Of a DNA stretch of 55,975 nucleotides, positions 10,067-17,839 are shown piece after piece. The translations under genes and the position numbers were made by a program. Under the pieces are notes generated by a model. It was not told where the DNA came from, ran no database searches, and saw only the letters and a list, made by a program, of their open reading frames with translations. Source of the stretch: an uncultured Myxococcota bacterium (GTDB lineage: Bacteria > Myxococcota_A > UBA796); assembly GCA_965661045.1 (NCBI GenBank), contig CBFICN010000004.1, positions 1-55,975 on the forward strand, given 5' to 3'. Position 1 is the stretch's first letter, and each line of letters opens with the position of its first letter.

Positions 10067-10137
10067 AAGACTTTCATCCTTTGAAAACAGTGAGTGTAGC
10101 GTCCAACGTGATATAGTGAATGTAAATAAGGAGAGTC

Positions 10138-11550
10138 ATGTCCACCACTGCAACTGTTATGTTGGAACATTTGTTTGAGCAAACGTCAGACGATGTTGTA
10201 AATTTTACCATTGCAGGCTCTCATTATGCCATGCTGTCTCAGCAGTCTTCGGCCGATCCCATCGTTCTCGAATCTGGCTATCACAAAGGAGAGAAGGTTG
10301 CCGAAGGCGGGATGAGCAACATCTACCTTGGGTATCAACGCACACTGGATAGAAGGGTTGCTCTAAAGGAAAACAAGAACCGCGACACTGCTTATGACGG
10401 TCTGCTCCTGCACGAATCTTTGATAACGGCGCGTCTTGAGCATCCCAACATTATGCCCATTTATGATATTTTGCAGGGCGATGACCAATTCCAAGTCGTA
10501 CTCAAGTGGCTAGAAGGGTTTACCTTGTCAGAAAAACTCGAAGAGTGGAGAGAGTTTGAACTTGAAGTTGACGAGTCAGTTCCCGTTCTATTGAAGGTGT
10601 GCGACGCTTTGGCCTATGCGCATCAACAAGGTATTTTACACCGCGATATCAAGTCTGAGAACATCATGATTTGTGATCACGGTGCAATCTATTTGTTGGA
10701 CTGGGGCATTGCTCTGGACATGAATGAGCGCGAAGCCTCTCCAAGCATGGTGGTGGGAACCTTGTCCTACATAGCGCCGGAGATGGTATCTGACAAACCC
10801 GTTCATTCAGTGGATGAACGCAGCGATGTCTTTTTGTTGGGTGCAACGCTCCATGAGATCATAACGGGTGAAAAAAGACACGATGCGCCAACACCTTCGG
10901 GCGTTTTGAATCAAGTGCTGTTGTGTGAACCGAAGACGTATACAGCCGAGTTCAAACGGTTCGGCGACATTTGCAACAAGGCCTGTCACAAAGACCCCGA
11001 CAAACGTTACAAATCCGTGCGTCAATTTGCCCATGCCTTACAAGGAGCCCTAGACGTTTGGAAGCAACGCTTTCTGTTGGATCAGGGGTTGGCGATGCTC
11101 GAAGAATTGCAAGCCATTGATCGAGGGGACTTTGTGCCGGCAACCAATTCCCACATCTTTCAGTTGTATATGCAAACGCGGGCAGCCTTTGGTGGGTATA
11201 TGCTCTTGGATTCGGCGAACACCATTGCCAACGACGGCTTGAAAGAGGCGGGGCTCATCATGATGCGACACTGTATCGCAGAACGAGAGTTGACCTCGGC
11301 GAAATGGATGTTGGAATCCATTTTGGACGTACCCGATTCGATGCGTCAAGCAGTAGAACAGTTGGCATTGGAGCAGGAAGCACAGGCGGAAGAAGATCGC
11401 ATTATCAATTCTTTGTCGGAAGTGACACAGCAGATATCAGCTGAAGTTTCGGCCCTTCACACAGAACTCAACAACATCAAAAGCAAGCAGGTGTACTTTG
11501 TTGTGGGCATGCTCATTGTGATTGGGTTGCTGCTGGCATTGATGCTGTAG
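10138..11550 (+). CDS. Hanks-type Ser/Thr protein kinase with C-terminal TM anchor
   Basis: AEGGMS loop, VALK, ARLEHPNI, HRDIKSEN, DWG, GTLSYIAPE, SDVFLLG; ends in a hydrophobic helix. Confidence 0.92.
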   Translation: MSTTATVMLEHLFEQTSDDVVNFTIAGSHYAMLSQQSSADPIVLESGYHKGEKVAEGGMSNIYLGYQRTLDRRVALKENKNRDTAYDGLLLHESLITARLEHPNIMPIYDILQGDDQFQVVLKWLEGFTLSEKLEEWREFELEVDESVPVLLKVCDALAYAHQQGILHRDIKSENIMICDHGAIYLLDWGIALDMNEREASPSMVVGTLSYIAPEMVSDKPVHSVDERSDVFLLGATLHEIITGEKRHDAPTPSGVLNQVLLCEPKTYTAEFKRFGDICNKACHKDPDKRYKSVRQFAHALQGALDVWKQRFLLDQGLAMLEELQAIDRGDFVPATNSHIFQLYMQTRAAFGGYMLLDSANTIANDGLKEAGLIMMRHCIAERELTSAKWMLESILDVPDSMRQAVEQLALEQEAQAEEDRIINSLSEVTQQISAEVSALHTELNNIKSKQVYFVVGMLIVIGLLLALML

Positions 11551-11560
11551 ATACTGTAGA

Positions 11561-12433
11561 TCATTGAGTGTGATTGATAAAGATGTGGGCGACCTCTGGC
11601 GGACAGTTCCAGCGCAATGGGGCCACTGACCAGCCCATTCCACGACACACAAAAAGGTGGGTGCCTTGTTGCTTGTACCATCCGGCAATGTAGTGCTCTG
11701 TGCCTTTTGGAACCCACAAAGCTCCCAGTTTTGGAAGACGAATTTGGCCCCCATGTGCATGCCCAGCCAAAATCAAATCAATGGGTTGGTGTGCCAAGAC
11801 ATCAACGTGTGCGGGGGAGTGCGTGAGACAAAGGGTGGGGGCATCGGTGATCTGTGCACACAGTGTTGAGGGATCGCTTTTGCCAGCCAAGTGATCGTCT
11901 GTTCCAACAATCTGAAGGGCAACACCCTTGAAGACCATCGTGTGAACCGTTTCCACCAACAACTGTACGTTGTACTTTGCCAGCAGAGATTTCCAATCTG
12001 TCAAGTTTCCAGCCACCCAATGTTCCCAGTTTCCCAAAATGGCCAGTTTCGGCACATCAGACAGCGCTTGTAGAAACCGCTCGACTGCTCGTTGAGTCCA
12101 ATTCTTGGTGATCAAGTCTCCAGTGAGGACGATTAAATCTGGGTTCAAACCGCGTACTTCCTGGATGCATCGTTCTAGAAATGGACCCTCATCGCGCAGG
12201 TGTACGTCGGTTATCTGTACAATGTGCATCGACGGCCAGTTTGATAGGGTAAGGTGATGGGTCGTGTGTCGAAACCAGTGAACCTCATCTCCAAGGCGGG
12301 TCCACCAGTGTCCACCCACTGGATCTTCGTGTGAACCTTTGGGGGCAGGGTTGGTAGATTGACCAATACTGGGAAAGAAGTCACCACTTTTGCGGGCACG
12401 ACTCATAATCTTCAGGTGTTCAATCCAAGACAT
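11561..12433 (-). CDS. Calcineurin-like metallophosphoesterase (YkuE/YaeI-like)
   Basis: ITDVH, LTGD, LGNWEH, LTHSP, AGHAHGGQI motifs; TGATG coupling with the upstream ORF. Confidence 0.9.
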   Translation of the reverse strand: MSWIEHLKIMSRARKSGDFFPSIGQSTNPAPKGSHEDPVGGHWWTRLGDEVHWFRHTTHHLTLSNWPSMHIVQITDVHLRDEGPFLERCIQEVRGLNPDLIVLTGDLITKNWTQRAVERFLQALSDVPKLAILGNWEHWVAGNLTDWKSLLAKYNVQLLVETVHTMVFKGVALQIVGTDDHLAGKSDPSTLCAQITDAPTLCLTHSPAHVDVLAHQPIDLILAGHAHGGQIRLPKLGALWVPKGTEHYIAGWYKQQGTHLFVCRGMGWSVAPLRWNCPPEVAHIFINHTQ

Positions 12434-12792
12434 CAGCAAGACACCTTTTGGACCGGCAACGTTGGGGCAACTGTTTTTAAGTACGCCCCTGTCAGTGTGT
12501 CATCACCTTGTTCCAGCCAGATCTGGTTGGGTGTGTATTGCTGACGAATGCACTCTGTCCAACGTTCAAACGTGGGGTGCGTCTCGAAATGTACCAGAAT
12601 GACTCCGGTGGCCGTTGTGTCGGGGTGAAGAATCCAACCCTCCCACGTGTCTGTTTTTGTGATTGGATAGCGGATTTGGCGAGAACTTTGTAGCCAAGAT
12701 TCTGTCAGTTGAATGGACGCGGGCAAAGCAGGAGTGGGGTCCGATGCACAACCAAACTTCAAGAAGATACCTAGGAAGGAAAATGCAAACAC
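12433..12792 (-). CDS. Small hypothetical protein, possible lipoprotein
   Basis: Fills the gap between tlyA and the phosphoesterase with overlaps at both ends; hydrophobic N-terminus ending FG-C. Confidence 0.55.
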   Translation of the reverse strand: MFAFSFLGIFLKFGCASDPTPALPASIQLTESWLQSSRQIRYPITKTDTWEGWILHPDTTATGVILVHFETHPTFERWTECIRQQYTPNQIWLEQGDDTLTGAYLKTVAPTLPVQKVSC

Positions 12793-13502
12793 ACCAATTC
12801 CTCAACATTGCCTTTCTTGGCGCCAGCGATTGAAGACTGTACATGTCCAACAATCGTACATCCTGCGGCTTCAAACTCAGCAGTGACTCGATCGATGGCG
12901 GCTTGACGAATCTTGGGGTCTTTCACCAATCCCCCAACAGTTCCATCCTTTCCAACTTCAAATTGAGGTTTGATCAACAATACCCCCAAGGCGTTTGGCG
13001 CGGCGATTCGTTTCATGGCCGGTAAGATTTTGGTGATGGAGATAAAGGACACGTCTCCAACGATCAATTCTATTGGTTCGGGTAGGGATTCTAGATGTCG
13101 AGCGTTGCACCGTTCCATCACGACAACATTGGGATGTTGACGAATTTTCCAAGCCAGTTGGCCATATCCAACGTCGATTGCGTAGACTTTTCCAACCTTG
13201 CGTTGCAACAAACAGTCTGTAAATCCACCGGTGCTTGCGCCAATGTCGGCAGCGATTAAGTTGGTGCAGTCGATGTTGAAGTGGGTCAGAGCCCCCTCTA
13301 GTTTCTCTCCACCCCTTGAGACGAAACGTTGTTTCTCCCCACGAATTCGAATGGTGACATCGGGCTTCACTTGAGTGCCAGACTTTTCGATGACCACTTC
13401 ATTGACCAATACTTTTCCCAATTGAATCAGGGCTTGGGCTTTGTTGCGGCTGGGAACCAACGCCCTTTCTACCAACAGTTGATCCAATCGCATTTTGGCC
13501 AC
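12771..13502 (-). CDS. tlyA: TlyA family rRNA 2'-O-methyltransferase / hemolysin
   Basis: S4 domain RLDQLLVER..SRNKAQ, FVSRGGEKL, DIGASTGGFTDCLLQ, AIDVGYGQL, DVSFIS, LIKPQFE, GNVE. Confidence 0.96.
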   Translation of the reverse strand: MAKMRLDQLLVERALVPSRNKAQALIQLGKVLVNEVVIEKSGTQVKPDVTIRIRGEKQRFVSRGGEKLEGALTHFNIDCTNLIAADIGASTGGFTDCLLQRKVGKVYAIDVGYGQLAWKIRQHPNVVVMERCNARHLESLPEPIELIVGDVSFISITKILPAMKRIAAPNALGVLLIKPQFEVGKDGTVGGLVKDPKIRQAAIDRVTAEFEAAGCTIVGHVQSSIAGAKKGNVEELVCLHFPS

Positions 13503-13523
13503 GACGCTCTCCTTGTCCGGTAC

Positions 13524-14366
13524 TCAGTGTGTGCGGTGCACTGTAAATTTGGCGAGTGCTTCGAGCGCTTTTGGTTTGGGCAAATTTTTTAAGGCTTCCA
13601 GCGCGTTTGTCATTGCTTGACTGGCAGCGTGGCGAGTTCCTTCTTCACCCATGAGTTTCACAAAACTTGGCGGGCCATCTTCTTCTGCATCTTCTTCGGC
13701 ATCCAATATGTCATCGGCCAACTGAAATGCGAGACCGATGTGTGTTCCGAACTCCACAAGCGCACTGTGTTGTTCGGTCGAAGCATTGCCCAATATGCCA
13801 GCCATCTCTAAGGCAACGGCGATTAAGGCACCTGTCTTTCTACGATGGAGCAAGGTCAGTTTGTCCAAATCCGTTACAGGGCCTTCAAATCCAATGTCCA
13901 AGCTTTGGCCACCGATCATTCCAACACTGCCAGCGGCTTGTCCCAGAACGGAGACCAAACGTGCAATGTGCTGAGGAGCGACTGTGGCAAGTATTTCAAA
14001 AGCTTTGGTCAGCAGGGCGTCTCCGACCAACACAGCGATGCCTTCATTGTACTGTTTGTGAACGGTTGGTTTACCACGGCGTAGATCATCATTGTCCATA
14101 CAGGGCAAGTCGTCGTGTACCAATGAGTATGTATGGATGAGTTCAATGGCGGCCGCAGCGGTAACTGCATCGGCAGAAACCGTTTGTCCCATGGCTTCAA
14201 GTCCCGCAAATAGAAAGAGTGGGCGGATCCTTTTGCCTCCCGTTTCTATTGGGTACAGACAGGCTTCATGCAAGTGGCTCGCTTCGTTGTCAAAGCAGTC
14301 TCGCAGTCGTTGAACCAAAGATTCTTTGTGAGATTGTCCCCAAGTGTGTAAGTCGAATGTCGTCAT
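13524..14366 (-). CDS. ispA: Farnesyl/geranylgeranyl diphosphate synthase
   Basis: GGKRIRP, IELIHTYSLVHDDLPCMDNDDLRRGKPT, GGQSLD, KTGAL, GLAFQLADDILD. Confidence 0.95.
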   Translation of the reverse strand: MTTFDLHTWGQSHKESLVQRLRDCFDNEASHLHEACLYPIETGGKRIRPLFLFAGLEAMGQTVSADAVTAAAAIELIHTYSLVHDDLPCMDNDDLRRGKPTVHKQYNEGIAVLVGDALLTKAFEILATVAPQHIARLVSVLGQAAGSVGMIGGQSLDIGFEGPVTDLDKLTLLHRRKTGALIAVALEMAGILGNASTEQHSALVEFGTHIGLAFQLADDILDAEEDAEEDGPPSFVKLMGEEGTRHAASQAMTNALEALKNLPKPKALEALAKFTVHRTH

Positions 14367-14890
14367 AATGCGCCTTCAGCAGTCAATGCCTCAGTCTTTG
14401 GCGCGGGCGGGGTGCAGGCCACAAAATCGTCGACTTCTTTGAGAGATGCCAACCCGATTTTGACCTTGATGTTGGCTTGGTTTCCAGCATCTCGAACTGC
14501 GTCCATCAACTTGACCACAGCGGCATAGTCTGAATCAGGGTGTGCATCGACAAACACAACTGGTTTTTCACCAGCCGCTCGTTTTTTGATGATCTTCTTG
14601 CGTACTGCGTCGGTGAGGGCGTTGAGTTCTAAATCTTTTCGATTGAATGTGTAGGTGCCATTTTCACAGGTGGCGACCAACAGTTGTTCTGTGGGAACTT
14701 TTTCTTCGGGAACCGTTTCTGTTTTTTCTGGCAGATTGATGTCCATTTGGTGCGTCATCACCGGGGTGACAACCATATAGATGATCAACAACACGAGAAC
14801 GATGTCAATCAAGGGAGTCACATTGATGTCCCCAACTGCACCTTTGCTTTGTTGTTGGAGTACACTCGTCTTTTTCTTCTTTTTGCCCAT
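14363..14890 (-). CDS. exbD: ExbD/TolR family protein
   Basis: DINVTPLIDIVLVLLIIYMV TM with conserved Asp; VFVDAHP..Y..VVKLMD. Confidence 0.92.
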   Translation of the reverse strand: MGKKKKKTSVLQQQSKGAVGDINVTPLIDIVLVLLIIYMVVTPVMTHQMDINLPEKTETVPEEKVPTEQLLVATCENGTYTFNRKDLELNALTDAVRKKIIKKRAAGEKPVVFVDAHPDSDYAAVVKLMDAVRDAGNQANIKVKIGLASLKEVDDFVACTPPAPKTEALTAEGAL

Positions 14891-14891
14891 T

Positions 14892-15323
14892 CTACTCTTC
14901 CTTTTCTGTGGCGAGAAGCATTGTGGTCATTCCACCTTCGCTGATGGTTTTGAGCACACTGTAGGCTTCTTTCCATTGGAGGTCTTTGGATCCTTTGACA
15001 AGCAGTGATCGAGACGGGTTGTCGGCGTAGGCATCGTTGATGTCGCTGACAAGCATTTCTGGGTTGCTTTGAAGGCGATCGACATACATTCTGGGAACCG
15101 TTTTATTTTTTAATGGTGGTCGAATAGAGATAACCAAGTGCTGTCCGACATCTTGAACAGAAGTGGTTGTTCTTGCCGAGGGGAGTTTGACTTCGACGCC
15201 ACTTTGTAGCATCTGTGTGACCACCATAAAGATAATGAGCAATACCAATACCACGTCCACAAGGGGCGTGACATTGATGTCCCCCATAGGACCACCTTTA
15301 TTGCCTCCAACATTCATTCCCAT
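14892..15323 (-). CDS. exbD: ExbD/TolR family protein
   Basis: DINVTPLVDVVLVLLIIFMVV, GVEVKLPSA. Confidence 0.93.
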   Translation of the reverse strand: MGMNVGGNKGGPMGDINVTPLVDVVLVLLIIFMVVTQMLQSGVEVKLPSARTTTSVQDVGQHLVISIRPPLKNKTVPRMYVDRLQSNPEMLVSDINDAYADNPSRSLLVKGSKDLQWKEAYSVLKTISEGGMTTMLLATEKEE

Positions 15324-15348
15324 GGTACAGACCTCCTGTAATTAGTGC

Positions 15349-16425
15349 TTACTTGGCACTTTTGCTTTCTTGTGGAGGCAAAATGCGCTTGTGGCACCAA
15401 TCAACCAGTTCTTGTGATGATTCAGCCATGTCATTTGTGATGCTGCCAATCAACGCCGTAAAGTAGTTGAACAACCACACACCAACGATGGCCACAATGA
15501 TACCAAAGGCTGTTGTGATCAAGGCTTCCCCAATGGCAGGTGCTAGGGTTGTCAAGTCGGCACCACCCTCGGCTCCAATCTGGCCAAAGGCGTTGATGAT
15601 ACCAAAAATTGTACCCACCAAACCAACGAACGGCGCAGTTGAACCGACGGTGGCCAAAATGTTGAGTCCTTTGTTGAGGGATGCAATTTCGGTGATGGCA
15701 TTCTTTTCAATTGCGCGCTCTACAGCGTCAATGCCATAGTGGTCTTCTCTCGTGGAGAATTCTTTTAAGCCCGCTTCGAGCATGTGTCCCAAATAGCTTT
15801 TGGCCATGTCTTCACGACCACAGACATCTAGGACGGCTTTCATATTTCCTTTAGTGAGAAGGGGACCGACTTCGCCAGCCAATCGACGCGACTGTGCTTT
15901 GGCACTTTGCAAAGTGATGAGGCGTTCAAGTCCAACACCCATAGCGGCGACCAACATAAACAACAAGGTACCCAACACAGACCGTACGGGGCCACTGGAC
16001 TGATTCCACATTTCTTCAACCGTAAAGTGGCCACCTGCACTGTGTTCTTCGGTTGGCGCAGGCTCAGACTTTTCGACAATCGGCTCTTGCTTGACAGGCT
16101 CTTGGGTTACTGGCTCCTGAGTGATAGGAACGTCCTCATTGCTGCCCTCTCCAGCAGGGGTACCGGCTTCATCTGGATTGTTCGTAGGTACTTCTGTATT
16201 GCTGCCTTCTCCTTTCGCAGGTTTGGCATCGACATTGGTTCCACCTTCAGTCTGTGGAGTAGACGGTGTGTTGTCTGCGGGCGCAGGAGTTGCTTCTCCA
16301 GTGGCGTTGGCTTCGGGTGTCGCCTTGGGTGTTGCTTCTGGTGCGTTGGTTACAGGGGGCTCTTCGGCGGAAGCAAGTGTGGACAAAGACAGCAGTGCAA
16401 TTATAGAAATTGTGCGGAGGATCAT
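15349..16425 (-). CDS. exbB: ExbB/TolQ/MotA proton channel with signal peptide and long low-complexity N-terminal extension
   Basis: LATVGSTAPFVGLVGTIFGIINAF and AIGEALITTAFGIIVAI. Confidence 0.92.
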   Translation of the reverse strand: MILRTISIIALLSLSTLASAEEPPVTNAPEATPKATPEANATGEATPAPADNTPSTPQTEGGTNVDAKPAKGEGSNTEVPTNNPDEAGTPAGEGSNEDVPITQEPVTQEPVKQEPIVEKSEPAPTEEHSAGGHFTVEEMWNQSSGPVRSVLGTLLFMLVAAMGVGLERLITLQSAKAQSRRLAGEVGPLLTKGNMKAVLDVCGREDMAKSYLGHMLEAGLKEFSTREDHYGIDAVERAIEKNAITEIASLNKGLNILATVGSTAPFVGLVGTIFGIINAFGQIGAEGGADLTTLAPAIGEALITTAFGIIVAIVGVWLFNYFTALIGSITNDMAESSQELVDWCHKRILPPQESKSAK

Positions 16426-16451
16426 GATTTACCTCATAAAAGTACGAAAAA

Positions 16452-17210
16452 TTATTTTAAGCGAAATTTGATGTTCAGGATGAATGTAGATTTGACCTTT
16501 TGATTGTTTGCTGAACGCATCGGATAGAAACGCCATTTTTCAGCCGCTTCCATCACAGATTCATGAAAGATTTTCGAGCATTTTAATACATCGATTTTTT
16601 CAGGTTTGCCTTTGAGGTCAATGTAGAACCGAACTTGGCAAGTCTCTTCAGTAATGTTGAGTGCCTTGGCCGCTTGTGGCATCTTGGGTTGTACGCGACG
16701 TTTGATTTTGACATCTGACCAGTGTACCGAACTAAAGCCATTTGAACCGAGTTGTCCACCGATGACACCGCCGACAACACCGCCGACAACACCACCGACA
16801 ACGCCGCCTTCAACGCCGCCTTCCATGCCACCTTCTTCACCCTCTTCTTCGGGTTCTTCTGGAATTTCTTCGGGTTCTGGTTCTTCCTCTTCAGGCTCTT
16901 CGATCTCTTCTGGGTCTGGCTCGACCTCTTCAGGTTCGGGCTCGACTTCTTTGGGTTTTTCTTTTTTCGGTTTGGTCTTCTTTGGCTTCTTTCCGCCCCC
17001 GGGAGGAGGTGGAGGAGGAGGTGGTGGTGGTGGCGCTGCTTCAAACAGCGTGATTTCTACTGGTTCATCGTCCATTGTTTCCTCAACAACTTCAGAACCA
17101 AGCCACGCCAATCCAAGGAGTATCCCACCATTGATCAGTACTGACGCGAGTAGAGACCCTGCTTGCCGTTTTGTGGTTTCGGTATTTCCCTTTCCTACGT
17201 TGTCAAACAT
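16452..17210 (-). CDS. tonB: Energy transducer TonB
   Basis: N-terminal TM, poly-Pro, KP/EP-rich linker, GGVVGGVV repeats, TonB C-terminal domain (PKMPQAAK...WRFYP); ATG 17210 overlaps the upstream stop. Confidence 0.88.
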   Translation of the reverse strand: MFDNVGKGNTETTKRQAGSLLASVLINGGILLGLAWLGSEVVEETMDDEPVEITLFEAAPPPPPPPPPPPGGGKKPKKTKPKKEKPKEVEPEPEEVEPDPEEIEEPEEEEPEPEEIPEEPEEEGEEGGMEGGVEGGVVGGVVGGVVGGVIGGQLGSNGFSSVHWSDVKIKRRVQPKMPQAAKALNITEETCQVRFYIDLKGKPEKIDVLKCSKIFHESVMEAAEKWRFYPMRSANNQKVKSTFILNIKFRLK

Positions 17211-17604
17211 TGTGTGCCCCACTTGTCTGTTGAGATTGCTTGATCTCCTCAACCAATGTTTGTACGTGGGCTTCTCCGGCTTGAAGAAGTTTTTCAGCTT
17301 GGGACAACAGTTCAACTGTCGTTTCTAAATCTGTGTCTGATAGCGCATCCATGGCATTTTCGATGTCTGTTAAGTCATCAAAGATTGTGTCCAGTTTTTG
17401 TGAACCATCGGATGTAAACGTTGTTTGATGAGACTGTTTGACCTGAGTTTCTAAGGCATCCAGCGTTTCCATACAAGCCCCCTTGTGCTGTAAGCCTGCA
17501 TTGTACAGTTCCATGGCTGTAGCCAAGTCGATATCTTCTTGATCGAGCTTCGATAAGATGTCCTTCAAAGAGATGAGCTCAGTCTGATATGTGCGATCGT
17601 TCAT
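17203..17604 (-). CDS. xseB: Exodeoxyribonuclease VII small subunit-like protein, apparently two XseB units in tandem
   Basis: TYQTELISLKDILSKLDQEDIDLATAMELYNAGLQHKGACMETLDALETQV fits the XseB pattern; a second similar helical unit follows; xseB...ispA...tlyA synteny. Confidence 0.65.
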   Translation of the reverse strand: MNDRTYQTELISLKDILSKLDQEDIDLATAMELYNAGLQHKGACMETLDALETQVKQSHQTTFTSDGSQKLDTIFDDLTDIENAMDALSDTDLETTVELLSQAEKLLQAGEAHVQTLVEEIKQSQQTSGAHNV

Positions 17605-17648
17605 AGTATAGTGTTCTGTAAGGGATTGAAAATGGACAGTCTCATCTT

Positions 17649-17687
17649 TGAGAAACCAAGTGAGAAACCAAGTGAGAAACCAAGTGA
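17649..17687. repeat. Tandem repeat (TGAGAAACCAAG)x3 plus partial TGA
   Basis: Three perfect 12-bp copies at 17649-17660, 17661-17672, 17673-17684. Confidence 0.95.
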
Positions 17688-17839
17688 CATGCTCAATCAA
17701 AAACCTATTCCAATATAGTGCACAATTCAAATACAGCCCATTCACTGTTCGTCAAGATTGGGTGAAATATCGCAGCCGTCACCCATTTTAGGTGCGACTT
17801 GATTGTATACCACCGAGTCTAGAGTCGAGTTTCTGGTGC

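Noticed and set aside
14363-17210. Calling the motor AglRQS (gliding) or Tol-Pal
   Set aside because: A classical TonB is present and no tolB, pal or glt genes are nearby; cannot assign without phylogeny
16654-17328. 224-aa plus-strand Ser/Gly/Pro-rich ORF and other overlapping ORFs
   Set aside because: Antisense shadow of the low-complexity tonB linker
17649-17687. Possible CRISPR array
   Set aside because: Units are 12 bp, contiguous, without spacers, and no cas genes are present
17605-17745. N-terminal extension of the xseB-like ORF containing TWFL x3
   Set aside because: It is the translation of the 12-bp DNA repeat; XseB similarity starts at Met 17604
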